In this document: one piece after another, positions 10,294 to 22,533 of the stretch | How the letters are laid out: every line of letters starts with the position of its first letter | How positions within the stretch are numbered: position 1 is the first letter of the stretch | Assembly (NCBI GenBank): GCA_965223425.1 | Contig: OZ245003.1 | Location: forward strand, 320,001-384,000 | DNA: 64,000 nucleotides | Direction: 5' to 3' | Origin: Nitrosopumilus sp. | GTDB lineage: Archaea > Thermoproteota > Nitrososphaeria > Nitrososphaerales > Nitrosopumilaceae | Notes under the pieces: model-generated | What the model was told of the DNA's origin: nothing | Seen by the model: only the letters and a program-made list of their open reading frames with translations | Database searches by the model: none | Program-made: the position numbers and the translations under genes

Positions 10294-11424
10294 TAGTGAA
10301 TTGGATTAACAATCGCTCACAAAACAGACAACATTATTCAACCACAAGATCTAGATCCCAGTGTATGGCAGAATCCGCATGAAATACAACGATTCCATAG
10401 TAATACCGGCAGACAAAAGATTCCTGTCCGGCGTCTCCAGTGCGCGCCTGCGCAGCATGCAAAAAAAGGAGACAGATCCCAGGGCCGCAGCAAGGCTGCT
10501 GGCATATGCCATGCGCAAGGAGGGCATGTCCATACGCCGGATATGCATGGCCCTCAACTGGCCATACTCTACAGTACGGGGCTGGCTTGTGCGCGCCGCA
10601 CAGCTTGGCACCGACGGCAGATACGACATCAAAAATGAAGGCGCGCCAAACAAGCTCGATCCGGAACAGACAAAGCAGCTGCGCGCAGACCTGCTGGCAG
10701 GCCCGCGCAGTTGCGGCTTTGAGTCCGGAGTGTGGACGGCACCGCTGCTGGCCGCACACATCAGAAAAAAGTTCGGCGTGCAGTATGCCACTGTCAGCAT
10801 ATATGACATACTGCACAGGATGGGCTTTTCGTGCAGAAAGCCGCGTCCAAAGCACCCAAGTCAGCCTCAGAATCAGAGAAAAAAGAGTTTAAAAAAAAGC
10901 AGGGGAGGTAATCCGGAGCCATCCAGGCCATACGGTGGTTACAGTTGACGAGGCCTCCTTTATCATTGGGTGGAATACCAAGAACGGGTGGTACCCCAAG
11001 GGCAGGCCCGTCACCACTCCAGTCAGCCTGTCGCGCAAAAGGTTCTACTCGTTTGGGGCACTACGACGGAGGCTTTGACTGCAGGTTCTATGCCAAGGCC
11101 GACAGCTACAGCTTTGTGGACATGCTCGGACACCTGCATCTCAAGCACGGCAAGATCATCGTCTTTCTTGATAACGCATCATACCACAAGTCAAAGATGG
11201 TCAATGATTTTGTCGACTCGTATGACGGCGACATAGTCCTTGTTTACTTGCCCGTGTACACCCCGGAGCTGAATACCACGGAGGGGCAGTGGAGGCTGTT
11301 AAGAAGGGCCACTGCAAACGTGATGTATGAAAGTACAAAGGTGATGAAGGAATCCATATGGACAATGCTGGATAGACGTGAGGTCAGGATAACAAGGATG
11401 AGCGGTTATTTATCCTAGTCACTA
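10294..11424 (+). mobile_element. IS630-family element B, frameshifted transposase
   Basis: TIR TAGTGAATTGGAT / TAGTGACTAGGAT; ORFs 10361-10948 and 10945-11418 with LDNASYH, PELNTTE; A-run slippery site near 10890. Confidence 0.9.
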
Positions 11425-12337
11425 CGTTATGTGTCCATAGTGCACGGACTCGCCGGAGGATCTCACAGACGGAACAACGCCGACATAAGAGCACAGCTTG
11501 TGCGAGTTGACGAACCTTCCTATGCCGTCTATTGTACATGCAATGACCAGTGCAGAGTATGCCCCGACACCCGGAACGGTCTGCAGCAGAGTTGCATCCT
11601 CGTTCTCCTTTGCTGCCTGGCGCACCCTTGCATCTGACTGGAGTATCTTGTCGTTTATGCTGTTTATCGTGTCCAGGTACGAGTCTATCCTATAGTCGCT
11701 TATCTTTCGAACCTGCGCAATCCATGGCCCGCAAAACGGCTTGCCGTCAGGCCGAATCGATCTCTGCAGCAGTATGCCGTGTATGGAGTTCTTCAGTCCT
11801 GTCCTGTGGCGTACCAGGTTGTGCCGGTAATTCACCAGGTCCCTGTTGTTCATGTTCTGCAACGTGGGTACGTGGCACGATACTATGTATCCTCCCCTGT
11901 GCATGTCTGCCAGAATTCTGGCATCCACCTTGTCAGTCTTCTTTTTGGACTCTGCTATGAGCTTGGTGGTGTACGGGTTTGACAGCGACACGTCCATGCT
12001 TAGCTCGTCTCTTGTCTGAAAGAACGGCGCCTTCCAGACAGACGAGGATTCCATCACAAGCTTAGAGTCCCTGTGCAAACAGCCTATGTTGTACCTGATG
12101 TCTTCGGCTGTGTTTGCTATCTCTTTGTTGAGCAGTTCCTCGCCGTTTTCATCCATGACTGACATCTGGATGGTCTTCTTGTGGACATCCAGGCCGACAA
12201 AGACAGCTGACATGCATATCCTCGGATCTGGGGTTGTGTGTTTGTTTGCATTTCTGATCCTTGCAGTACCGGCTCTGTTTTCTGAACCAGAACCACTCTT
12301 ATCATCTGATTTCCTTGATCGGGGCACATAAGATTAC
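11425..12337 (-). mobile_element. IS110-family element A, 3'-truncated (transposase from about 12213)
   Basis: VFVGLDVHKK, KKTDKVDA, VVPSVRSSG motifs; cut by IS630-B. Confidence 0.9.
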
Positions 12338-12539
12338 ATTTTTTTAAACTTGTATGATATAGAATTTTGTGGATGTTACGTTTTTAGTGCCATACAGAGG
12401 CATCCCAAAAGAGGCAGAGTTGGCAAAGATAACCATACATTTTTTTAAACTTGTATGATATAGAATTTTGTGGATGTTACGTTTTTAGTGCCATACAGAG
12501 GCATCCCAAAAGAGGCAGAGTTGGCAAAGATAACCATAC
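12335..12539 (+). repeat. Exact 101-bp tandem duplication
   Basis: 12335-12438 repeated at 12436-12539; includes a TTTAAA box and the first 23 codons of the downstream gene. Confidence 0.9.
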
Positions 12540-13363
12540 CTGCAATGGCTAGACTAAATCCATCAGAAGTATTATTTGGCATGGACTGGGGGGGGGGTGC
12601 AGATTCTTCTCCAATTCATGCAGACATGTTTAAACAATCTAGGGTTATTCGAGTAAAAAAATCAGGTTGGAACATGCAGCTTGCCAAAGTCATGTGGGAT
12701 TGCATACTAGAGTCTTCTAATGATATTATCTGCGTCATAAATATAGATGAGCTTGTAAATCCTATCCTGATGGAGGGAGCAGGTGTTGTTGGTGTGGATG
12801 GTGTGGCCTTGCATTCCGCACAAGCAAGGCCGTGCATAAAGACGTTTCGGGACAAAATAAGGCACATGGGTTATGAAAAGCACATCAGTACCGCACCAGA
12901 ACCGTTTGAGAATTTTACTGGTGTCTTCTGGCTTTATAGACCGTACATTCTTAAAACAATAGATTCAGCCAAGTATTCTAAAATCCATAACGGTAGTGAT
13001 GGTTTCATTTTTCATCATGTGCGAAAATCTAGATATGACATTGTATATTCTAGGAAATTCAGCCACACCATGCTTGACTATGATAACAATACTCTGCCAT
13101 GGAGACAGTTTCACGATGGTGTGTGGTCATATACGCATAACTGGCCATGCCCAGGTAGGATTTTAAGGAATGTAAAGACACGTACATGGTTTTATTCAAT
13201 AATAAAAAAACATCCATATTTTTACCGAGGTTGGATATGGGCTAGAGACAACAAAGGAAGCCATGCAGTAAGTATAGCACAAAAAGAATCGTTTTATGAA
13301 TGGGCATTTCGAGGAAATTGGATGAAGGCCGAAATATTACTATCTTGTGGCAGAGAACTCTAA
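12470..13363 (+). CDS. Putative GT-A-like glycosyltransferase, paralogue 2
   Basis: TFLVPYRG, RLNPSEV, WNMQLAKV, FTGVFWLYRPY, HNGSD, DYDNNTLPWRQF. Confidence 0.6.
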   Translation: MDVTFLVPYRGIPKEAELAKITIPAMARLNPSEVLFGMDWGGGADSSPIHADMFKQSRVIRVKKSGWNMQLAKVMWDCILESSNDIICVINIDELVNPILMEGAGVVGVDGVALHSAQARPCIKTFRDKIRHMGYEKHISTAPEPFENFTGVFWLYRPYILKTIDSAKYSKIHNGSDGFIFHHVRKSRYDIVYSRKFSHTMLDYDNNTLPWRQFHDGVWSYTHNWPCPGRILRNVKTRTWFYSIIKKHPYFYRGWIWARDNKGSHAVSIAQKESFYEWAFRGNWMKAEILLSCGREL

Positions 13364-13493
13364 TTTTTTTTCACATAATTTTTGAATTTTAGGAAAGTTT
13401 GGGAATAGGCATTTTTCTGATTCTTGTGGGTTCTGGAAGATTTCGGTGATCAGGTCACCAAAATTTACCAGATCCGTCCTAATTGCCGTGCCG

Positions 13494-14495
13494 CTACGGA
13501 TCGGAGACTGTCTTTAGGATCTCTCCTGCCACACACACAACCTCGTCGTTGTCAAGATTCGTAGTTGAAGGCAGATATAATCCGGTCTTATGCCGTCTCT
13601 CTGCGTTGGAAAACTCCCGGCTTCCCAGAAATCCCGAGGCCACCGGCTGATTGTGCAACGGTTTTGGGTACGGCCTACAGTGTATACCCTTGGCCTTTAG
13701 CGTTTGGTGTATCCTTTGCGCGTGTGACGTAAACACGTCTACATACCACTGGGGCTCGTCTGCATCAAACGATACTACGTCCCCGAGTATATCGCGGTAT
13801 ATCTCGTACATCTTTCCAAGCTTGGCGATCCGCCTCTTGAGGCTTGCCAGCTGAACCAAGCCAAATGCGGCCTGGATCTCGGTCAGCTTAAAGTTCATGC
13901 CCCATGAGTCATAATTATCTGACATGGGCTTGAGTATCTGGCGGTCGGTTCGCCCGTGATCCTTGAGCCGCACTAGCTTCATGAACAGATCATCGTCGTC
14001 ACAGCACACCGCCCCACCCTGTCCGCCCGTGGTTATGTGCTTGGTCGATGCAAAGCTGTATGTACTTACCTTTCCCCGTGTGTGATGCCCTATCGCCTGT
14101 GCGCAGTCCTCTATAATCCGCACATCTTGTACCAGCCGTCCGTTGGCGTGCACTGCGATGGCCTCATTCTCCACGGTCTCTATCAGACCCTGCTGATCAA
14201 CGTCTACGACCACCGGCGAGATGCCGGATGCCATGAGAGCATTGAACGCAAATATGCCGTCGTGTGCTGGCACCGCCACTCTTTTCTCCCGCCCGTACAC
14301 TGCATTTATCGCGCAGTAGAGCGCTACGGTGCCACTTGTGACTGTCACGCAGTGCTTTGCCCCCACATGTTCTGCAAAGCCGCGCTCAAAGGCCCTAACT
14401 GTCTTATGCTCGTTGAGATAGTCCGAGTTCTCAAGCACGTCTGCGACCGCCTTTACTTCGTCTTCTCCCCAGTAGGGGATAAACTGTGGGATCAT
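13494..14495 (-). CDS. DegT/DnrJ/EryC1/StrS PLP-dependent sugar aminotransferase
   Basis: SGTVAL, IEDCAQA, SFASTKHITTGGQGG; ATG 14495 overlaps the epimerase stop. Confidence 0.92.
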   Translation of the reverse strand: MIPQFIPYWGEDEVKAVADVLENSDYLNEHKTVRAFERGFAEHVGAKHCVTVTSGTVALYCAINAVYGREKRVAVPAHDGIFAFNALMASGISPVVVDVDQQGLIETVENEAIAVHANGRLVQDVRIIEDCAQAIGHHTRGKVSTYSFASTKHITTGGQGGAVCCDDDDLFMKLVRLKDHGRTDRQILKPMSDNYDSWGMNFKLTEIQAAFGLVQLASLKRRIAKLGKMYEIYRDILGDVVSFDADEPQWYVDVFTSHAQRIHQTLKAKGIHCRPYPKPLHNQPVASGFLGSREFSNAERRHKTGLYLPSTTNLDNDEVVCVAGEILKTVSDP

Positions 14496-15415
14496 TTTGC
14501 ACCCTTCACCGAAGACTTCCATGTGCTTACCAAGGAAGGTAAGGCCGATTCTGGGGTGTGTTTTGCCTCAAAGCCCAGATCCCTGCAGGCCTTTGAAAAG
14601 TCCACCTTGTAATCGCGATTGTCTATGCTCTCGATGATCTGGATCTCCGCGCCGGTGTGCTTACACACCATCTCTGCCAGCTCTCTCTTGGTAAAGTTCT
14701 GTGAGTTACTGCCCACGTTGTATACGGATTTTTCGTCCTGCTTTGCCTTGGACACTGCCAAGCCAATTGCCCGTGAGATGTCCTCTACGTGGCATATGGG
14801 CCTGCACGCATCAGGCTGGAAGACATCTACGATGCCATTTGAGATTGCCCTCTTAACAAAGTCATTGAGCAACACGTCCCAGCGCGTCCTGCCAGTTCCG
14901 ATGCCATATGCGGTGGCACACCGCAGTATGGTTACCCCTGGCACATTGCGCAACAGGTAGTTTTCTGCGTCCACCTTAGTGCGCGCATACATGGATACTG
15001 GAAGCAGTTCCGAGTCCTCGTCTACTGGCTTGTCAGACTTGCCGTAGTTGCTACATGTGCTCATGAACACCATCTCCTTCCCGAGCTTGGCGCAACAGTC
15101 GCCCACGATCTCTGCCATGTACTGGTTTACGAACATCCCGTGCTCCGGCCTCCTGGCCGTCTCTGGCATGGTAAGTGAGGCCATGTACACCACCATGTCA
15201 TGGTTCTTGAGCAGGTTCCATGTCAGGTTCATGTCAGCCACGTCACCCTTGACAAATCTGAACCGGTGGTCGCTGAATGTGCGGTGAAAGTATGCCGGCT
15301 CGACATCGAACTCTAACGTATCGAGCACTGTGACGCTGTACTTTTGGGTTCTCTGCAGGTGACCCATCAGGGTCGATCCTATATAGCCTAGGCCTCCGAT
15401 TACTAGTACGTTCAT
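14492..15415 (-). CDS. NAD-dependent nucleotide-sugar epimerase/dehydratase
   Basis: GGLGYIG, STCSNYG, YARTK catalytic motif. Confidence 0.92.
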   Translation of the reverse strand: MNVLVIGGLGYIGSTLMGHLQRTQKYSVTVLDTLEFDVEPAYFHRTFSDHRFRFVKGDVADMNLTWNLLKNHDMVVYMASLTMPETARRPEHGMFVNQYMAEIVGDCCAKLGKEMVFMSTCSNYGKSDKPVDEDSELLPVSMYARTKVDAENYLLRNVPGVTILRCATAYGIGTGRTRWDVLLNDFVKRAISNGIVDVFQPDACRPICHVEDISRAIGLAVSKAKQDEKSVYNVGSNSQNFTKRELAEMVCKHTGAEIQIIESIDNRDYKVDFSKACRDLGFEAKHTPESALPSLVSTWKSSVKGAK

Positions 15416-16656
15416 TGCCTTCCCAGATGGTGTACGGTGATGCCACTTTTGGGTTTTACGTATCCGAACGGATCTATGATAACGCTGCCCTCGGGGTAGT
15501 CAAAGTCCTGAAAATAGTCGTGCTTGGTACCTACAAAGAAGATCGCCGGCTCCCTGATTAGTCCTGCTAGTCCGTCGGTTCCGTCCACGTGAGGATCCCA
15601 TATGGTCACATGCACACCGGCGTCTTTGAGCTCGTTGTACAGCCGTACAGATGGGCTTCCCAGTGTGAGGTTGGTCTCCGGCTTGTAGGACTTGCCGAGT
15701 ATCACCTTTGGCATGTCGTAGGATTTTATCATGTCTGCAAACCACTCTATGTGGTGCTCGCGTACCACCATGCTCTCCGTGTATATGTCATTTGACAGCT
15801 CGTGGCGTTTTGCAAGGTCTGCCAGCGCTATGTTGTCACGCGGGTGGCATCCGCCTCCATCCGGCATGCCTCCTTTCATGTATGCCGGGCTGATTATGCG
15901 CTTTTTGCAGTCGGAGAGTGCGTCGATCACCACGTCCACGTCGGCTCCCATATCCTTCATCTTGTGGCACACCTCCATGAGGTTGTTGGCAAAGTTGATC
16001 TTCATGGTTATGTAGGTGTTGTAGTTGACCTTGACCAGCTCGGCGTTGACTATGCTCATCTCATGGAACGGCGCATCTGTTATGGTACTGTAAAACTCCT
16101 TTGTCTTCTCCACAGCCTGCTTGTCGTCCACTCCAAACAGGACTATCTCGGGGTTCAGAAAGTCGTGCACCGTCGTCCCCATCGCTATGAAGAACGGGTT
16201 GTAGCACAGCTTTACATGCGGCGAAAGCAACGGCTTTATCTCCCGGTCTATAGTGCCCGGTAACACCGTCGATATTATTATGATTATTCTGTCCTGTCCC
16301 ATCTTGTCCAACTCATCCGATATGGCCTTGCAGGCAGATTTTAGGTACTCGTAGTTAAAGTCGGCCGTGGTAGGCGGTAGCTTCGTGACCCCCTCGTATA
16401 GCGGATCATGCGGCGTCTGCACCGGCACGAAGACCATCTCGGATCTCTCTAGTACGTCCCTTAGCGGGAGCACCTGCAACCTTGTATTTTTTAGCAGCTC
16501 AGCTACCCCAGCCTCAAGGTAGGGTATGCTACCTGACTCGATGTATTCCTTGATTTTCGGGTTTATGTCATAGCCATTCACGGTGTGTCCCTTGGACTCT
16601 ACTGCCAATGCGGAGGGAAGGCCGAGCTTACCAAGTCCCACAAAACCTATATTCAC
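15412..16656 (-). CDS. ugd: UDP-glucose/GDP-mannose dehydrogenase family protein
   Basis: GLGKLG, VQTP, STVLPGT, GGGCHPRD catalytic Cys, YKPET. Confidence 0.9.
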   Translation of the reverse strand: MNIGFVGLGKLGLPSALAVESKGHTVNGYDINPKIKEYIESGSIPYLEAGVAELLKNTRLQVLPLRDVLERSEMVFVPVQTPHDPLYEGVTKLPPTTADFNYEYLKSACKAISDELDKMGQDRIIIIISTVLPGTIDREIKPLLSPHVKLCYNPFFIAMGTTVHDFLNPEIVLFGVDDKQAVEKTKEFYSTITDAPFHEMSIVNAELVKVNYNTYITMKINFANNLMEVCHKMKDMGADVDVVIDALSDCKKRIISPAYMKGGMPDGGGCHPRDNIALADLAKRHELSNDIYTESMVVREHHIEWFADMIKSYDMPKVILGKSYKPETNLTLGSPSVRLYNELKDAGVHVTIWDPHVDGTDGLAGLIREPAIFFVGTKHDYFQDFDYPEGSVIIDPFGYVKPKSGITVHHLGRQ

Positions 16657-16698
16657 AGAACATATCCGCGTATTGTAGTATAAAGATTTAACGTGATA

Positions 16699-17284
16699 CA
16701 GTAGTTGGGATTGTACATTTTGGATAGCCCAAACTGATCATTTTAAGAACAAAACACGATCAACCAGATCCAAATACAAGGCATGTTCACCCACCTTGAC
16801 TTGTACGAAAAAGATGGGCAAACACACCAACAGAACCAAGACATCAGGGGATTTAAAATCTTCCAGTCTGCGTTGCAGCGCCTGAACCTTGCCTTTGGCA
16901 CAAGACACAGCACGCTGTACGGCCTCAGGGATGCGGCGCACATGCTTCTTCTGGTCATGGCCAGCTCCAACGGATACGCCAACGGCGCACGCGATCTCGG
17001 CTCTCCCGGCATCCGCATGCCGTCGGGCAGCTGGCTGCTCAAAAAGCTGCGCATCACAAAGCAGGACAAGATGAGTCATTTCTGCAACCAGATGATGCAT
17101 GATACGGTCAACACGGCATGCCGCAGCATGAGGCGACGCATCAGCAACGAAACGACAGTGGCTGCAATAGACAAGCACAAGATTCCGCACCACGACAGGA
17201 ATCCCGACCTCAAACACCTCATACAGTCAAAATACGAGTCAGGAACGTACAGGTTTGAGTCATACATAACATCCAAGATATGCA
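16699..17284 (+). mobile_element. ISH3-family element A, truncated
   Basis: End CAGTAGTTGGGATTGTAC; matches the 5' half of the complete copy at 19799-21103. Confidence 0.9.
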
Positions 17285-18426
17285 TAGTAAGCACATAAAA
17301 AAACTGAATCATTTTGACAATTATTTTTGGCCAAAAGATCCAAGACCGGCCATATCGCACACACTGCATGTACAAACAAAAAAAGAGACAGGTTGCAAGG
17401 GGGGCAAAATTTCTGCCAAACACCGGCGTTGCAGACCTCAAAAAGGCATACAAAAAAGAGACCGATCCCAGAAGGCGCGACAGGCTGCTTGCGTACATGC
17501 AGCGCAAGGACGGCGTGCCGCTAGACAGGATTGGAAGGATGCTGGGAAGGCCCAGGTCCACCATATCTGCATGGCTCAACCGCGCACAGGAAGAGGGAAT
17601 GCGTGCAAGATTCGAGCGCAGCGGCAGGGGACGAAAGCACCTGCTAAACGGGCCGCAGTCAAGACAGCTTGCAGCAGACCTGGATGCGGGGCCGGAGTCA
17701 TGCGGCTTTGAGAGCAGCCTGTGGGACTCCAACCTGGTAAGGCTGCACATCAAGCGAAAGTTCGGCGTGCAGTACAGCAAAACAGGCGCGCTGCAGCTGA
17801 TCAGGGAGATGGGCTTTTCGTGGAGCAAGGCGCGTCCAAAAAACCCCAAGTCAGCCTCAAAAAGAAAGCAAAAAGAGTTTCAGGGGCGAGCAAAAAAACT
17901 CGTTGCAGAAAAGTCGGCACAGGGGTACACCATCCTGGCAAACGACGAGTCCTCGATTGAAAAGGCATCAAACAGGCCCGGCTACGGGTGGAGAAGGCGC
18001 GGCAGACATGCCACATCCCCATCTTTTTTGTCACGCGAGAGAAGATACATCTTTGGAGCTTTGGCGGCAAACGCATTTTACTTTATGTTTTATGAAAAGC
18101 CAGACAGCGACAGCTTTTGCAGCTTTCTGGAACGGGTTCACAAAAGATTCGGCAGGGTGCTGCTGTTTGTAGACAATGCGTCATATCACAAATCCAAAAA
18201 GGTAAAAGAGTTTCTGGAAAGATACAACGGCGAGATAGTTCTGGAGTACCTGCTGCCGTACACGCCGGAGCTTAATCCCATTGAGATGCAGTGGAGGGTG
18301 ATAAAGCGGGTACTGTCTGCAAAGGTGTTTGGCACGCTAGATGAGATGGAGCAGTCAGTACGCAAGCTGTTTGCCAGAAAGGAGATCCTGCCTGTGAAAA
18401 TGTTCAATTATTTAATGTGCTAACTA
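17285..18426 (+). mobile_element. IS630-family element A, intact (transposase 17314-18423)
   Basis: 369-aa transposase, NDES / DNASYH / PELNPIE; TAGT...ACTA ends. Confidence 0.95.
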
Positions 18427-18946
18427 CAGATTGTGTCTATAATTCACCAGGTCCCTGTTCTCCATGTTCTGTGATGAGGGTATGTGACATGATATTATGT
18501 ATCCTCCCCTGTGCATGTCTGCCAGAATTCTGGCATCCACCTTGTCAGTCTTCTTTTTGGATTCTGCTATGAGCTTGGTTGTGTATGGGTTTGATAGCGA
18601 CACGTCCATGCTTAGCTCGTCTCTTATCTGAAAGAACGGTGCCTTCCAACAGATGAGGATTCCATCACAAGCTTCGAGTCCTTGTGTAGGCAGCCGATGT
18701 TGTACCTGATGTCTTTTGGTGTGTTTGCTATCTTTTTGTTGAGCAGTTCCTCACCGTTTTTATCCGTAACAGACACCTGATGGTCTTCTTGTGGACATCC
18801 AGGCCGACAAAGCCAGCTGACATGCATATACCTGGATTAGGACTGTGTGTTTGTTTGCATTTCTGATCCTTTTAGCAGTGGATCTTTTTGAACCAGAACT
18901 GTTCTTATCATCATCTAATTTCCTTGATCGAGGCACATAAGATTAC
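18427..18946 (-). mobile_element. IS110-family element A, degenerate 5' part
   Basis: Same left end and KKTDKVDA fragment as the other copies; frameshifted. Confidence 0.85.
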
Positions 18947-18993
18947 GCCATGACACTAGCACCATTTTTATGCCTAGAATTTGCTAAATTGTT

Positions 18994-19779
18994 TTGTTGA
19001 ACAGGAAAATTCTGGGGGAGATCATTGATAGGGACTACATGCAGATGGCCAAGTCGATTGAGGAGTTCCTCCGTCGGGAGGTGTCCGAAAAAAGATCCAA
19101 CGGCGTAGTCCTCGGCTTGAGCGGTGGCATCGACTCGGCGGTGGTCGGGACTCTATCATGCAGGGCGCTAAAGGAGAAGGCCTTTGCTCTGATAATGCCC
19201 GACTCTGATGTCTCACCTGACAGCGAGACTAGGGATGCAGTAAGTCTAGCAGAATCACTTGGACTGGGATATGAGATGATCGACATAAACCCCATAGTAA
19301 AAGAGTACTCGAGTCACCTAGAACCGGACGAGATGGCCACGGGGAACCTGAGAGCTAGGATCAGAGCTAGCATCTTATACTACTATGCAAACTCAAAGAA
19401 TACCCTAGTTCTTGGTTCCAGTGACAGAAGCGAGTGGCTGATAGGATATTTTACAAAGTTCGGCGATGGCGCATCAGATCTACTCCCAATAGTCTCCCTG
19501 TACAAGCTACAGGTAAGGAGCATTGCAGAACACCTCGGGATCCCACGGAATATAATCGCCAAGAAGAGTAGCCCGCACCTGTGGAAGGGCCACTTGGCAG
19601 AAGAAGAGATAGGCTTGGATTACGAGGAGATGGATCCCATACTGTACTGTCTGATCGACAAGAAGATCTCCGCCGGGGAGACAGCAATCATATGTGATGT
19701 GGAAAAATCATCCGTGGATAGGGTGTTAACGTTATACAGAGATAGCGAACACAAAAGAAGTGATGCCGTAAGGTGGTAG
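18994..19779 (+). CDS. nadE: NH3-dependent NAD+ synthetase
   Basis: GLSGGIDS, GNLRARIR, GYFTKFGDG motifs. Confidence 0.95.
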   Translation: MLNRKILGEIIDRDYMQMAKSIEEFLRREVSEKRSNGVVLGLSGGIDSAVVGTLSCRALKEKAFALIMPDSDVSPDSETRDAVSLAESLGLGYEMIDINPIVKEYSSHLEPDEMATGNLRARIRASILYYYANSKNTLVLGSSDRSEWLIGYFTKFGDGASDLLPIVSLYKLQVRSIAEHLGIPRNIIAKKSSPHLWKGHLAEEEIGLDYEEMDPILYCLIDKKISAGETAIICDVEKSSVDRVLTLYRDSEHKRSDAVRW

Positions 19780-19798
19780 TAGGCAAACGGCCCGTTAG

Positions 19799-21103
19799 CA
19801 GTAGTTGGGATTGTACCGTTCCAAAACAGCCCACAAATCACCCGGTAGGCGGTGGTGGCCACCTGGCATACACATATTCTGCAAACACGCGGATCATCCT
19901 GTTTAAAACACCGGCAAGCGTCACATGATATCTTTGTCTGCACACCGTGCGACGCAGGCCTATCCAGATGTTGTTTATCACCAGTGACAAGACAAACAAA
20001 AGCATCCGTACGGAGGGGTTCCTGCTGGCAGTGCGCGCGCGTACGCTCTTTGCAGACCTGTACCCCGTTTCAATTCCCCAACGTTTTTTGTACTGCTCTG
20101 GGATGTACTTGACAACGTCCCTTTCATTCTCGCATGGCAGCGACGTTGCAAATGCGCGATACCTGTCAAACATGGTGCCGTCTTTTTTCCCGGCGTCATC
20201 CCTGATCAGAACCAGGTTGAACGTGAACTTTTCGGAGCCTGATTTTATGGTGTACCTGGAGACATCGCCGCGCTTTCCTTGGGCGTGCTGTACAATGGCG
20301 CGCTTGATGCCGGCATTCTTTTTTGCCGGCATGATAAAATGCCTGTGAAGCGATCTGACAGTCCGCATCACGTCTGTTGCGTAAAACTCCCTGTCAAGAA
20401 GGTAAAGATTGATTCCAAGGTGCAGCTTGGAGCACTTTTTGATGGTTTTACGCACGAACTCGCCGTTGGATGTACCCCGGGTGACCGGACTGAAGCACAG
20501 GTTGGCCTCCTTGCCGCCCTGCACTATCTTGGATGTCATGTATGACTCAAACCTGTACGTTCCTGACTCGTATTTTGACTGTATGAGGTGTTTGAGGTCG
20601 GGGTTTTTGTCATGGTGCGGAATCTTGTGCTTGTCTATTGCAGCTACCGTTGTTTCGTTGCTGATGCGTCGCCTCATGCTGCGGCATGCCGTGTTGACCG
20701 TATCATGCATCATCTGGTCGCAGAAGCGGTTCATCTTGTCCTGCTTTATGATGCGCAGCTTTTTGAGCAGCCAGCTGCCCGACGGCATGCGGATGCCGGG
20801 AGAGCCGAGATCTCGCGCGCCGTTGGCGTATCCGTTGGAGCTGGCCATGACCAGAAGCATGTGCGCTGCATCCCTGAGGCAGTACAGCGTGTTGTGTCTT
20901 GTGCCAAAGGCAAGGTTCAGGTGTTGCAGTGCGGACTGGAAGATTTTAAATCCCCTGATGTCTTGGTTCTGTTGGTGTGTTTGCCCATCTTTTTCGTACA
21001 TGTTAAGGTGGGTGAGCATGCCTTGTATTTGGATCTGGTTGATCGTGTTTTGTTCTTAAAATGATCAGTTTGGGCTATCCAAAATGTACAATCCCAACTA
21101 CTG
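19799..21103 (-). mobile_element. ISH3-family element A, complete (transposase 19838-21019)
   Basis: TIR CAGTAGTTGGGATTGTAC; 5-bp TSD GTTAG; AID / LLDREFY / YKKRWGIETGY motifs. Confidence 0.93.
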
Positions 21104-21239
21104 GTTAGAGTTTACCATAATATGAGATTTTTGCCACGCATGGTTAAAGAGATGATCTGGCAAGTGGAGGCCGTACTAACTTTAAATACGTCGTATGAAA
21201 AACGATTTTGTTTTTGGAAATCATTATTACATGTAGAAC

Positions 21240-22454
21240 ATGGAGAGTATTATGCAAGATGGTAAAAAACCACCAGAAATTAGGAGATACAAGATTGGAT
21301 TCTTCGTGTTGGCAGCAGTAGTAACGGTAATGATACTTTCTAGTTCTTTAATACTATCCGCATTTGACAGAAGCCCATCATACGTCATAAATCGTGTGTT
21401 TGATTCTGGTTATGTAGAGCCAGACTTGCCAATGGTTTTTCTACCTTCGTATTATTATGATGGCCTGGATGTACTACCCCACACGTTTGACAAAAATGTG
21501 AAAACGTTGGATGATTTTTACAAATGGAAGAATGGTCCCATACTGGATGGGTACAGAGACAGGCCCACGATACACCAAGTATCGCACAACTACACCATGG
21601 TACTTAGTGAGGAACGCGATGGATACACTTTAGACAAGTTTACAATGCAGACATTCTATCCGGACAACATAATATTCTACAAGCTGACTCCCCCCCCTAC
21701 AATAGCCAAGAAAGCAGGCGCGGTTCTCGTAATTCCCGGAAGCGGTAATCAGGGAGCTCGAGATGTGCTTGGAGAACCGTCTCCAATATCGCCCTATTAC
21801 TATCAAGGAGAGATAGCAAAGCGCCTCGTAATTGAAGGATATAACGTATATACTATAGAGCTTCACGGATACGGCGAGCGCGAGTTTAATGTAGGACATG
21901 CTTGCATATCCAAGATCAAAAAAGACTGGCTTCTAATCTGTTCTGCCAGACAGCTGGACAACCGGTTAAATATGTACGGCATAGACCTGCATACTATACA
22001 CACAGATGAGATAACACAGATTCTGGCACATATTGTGTATGATGAGGGTACGGAGGATATAGCAGTAGTAGGACTTTCTCTAGGTGCAGGCTATGCAATG
22101 TCCCAGGCAATAATAAACACCGATGCCGTAGACGCAGTGGTTGTGGCAAGCGGTTTGGGAAGTAACGTGAACTCACCCATATCGCACCAAACTCTTGGAA
22201 GAGGCCAGTTTTTGTGTTGTGATACCAATGACCGAGCCGCCACCATAGCACCCAAGCCTATGTATGTCTCATATGGAAAAAATGAGATAGGTATGCTTGG
22301 TTGGGAGGCGAATACCAACCATACAGGAAATTTCCTCAAAAACGTCTATGGACTACATGGTGCGGAAGATAATCTTTACTATCATGTCCACGATGGGATA
22401 CATGAATATCACGTAGAATCGGTAATTGATTTTCTTAAAACTCACATAAGATGA
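21240..22454 (+). CDS. Membrane-anchored alpha/beta hydrolase (esterase-like)
   Basis: N-terminal TM helix; GLSLG nucleophile elbow; C-terminal GIHEY His. Confidence 0.7.
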   Translation: MESIMQDGKKPPEIRRYKIGFFVLAAVVTVMILSSSLILSAFDRSPSYVINRVFDSGYVEPDLPMVFLPSYYYDGLDVLPHTFDKNVKTLDDFYKWKNGPILDGYRDRPTIHQVSHNYTMVLSEERDGYTLDKFTMQTFYPDNIIFYKLTPPPTIAKKAGAVLVIPGSGNQGARDVLGEPSPISPYYYQGEIAKRLVIEGYNVYTIELHGYGEREFNVGHACISKIKKDWLLICSARQLDNRLNMYGIDLHTIHTDEITQILAHIVYDEGTEDIAVVGLSLGAGYAMSQAIINTDAVDAVVVASGLGSNVNSPISHQTLGRGQFLCCDTNDRAATIAPKPMYVSYGKNEIGMLGWEANTNHTGNFLKNVYGLHGAEDNLYYHVHDGIHEYHVESVIDFLKTHIR

Positions 22455-22533
22455 CGGGCAGTTGCCTTGTATTCTAATACATAATTGCCATATTCTTCTT
22501 CATATTTGTCAATTCAAAATCACGTTTAGACAT

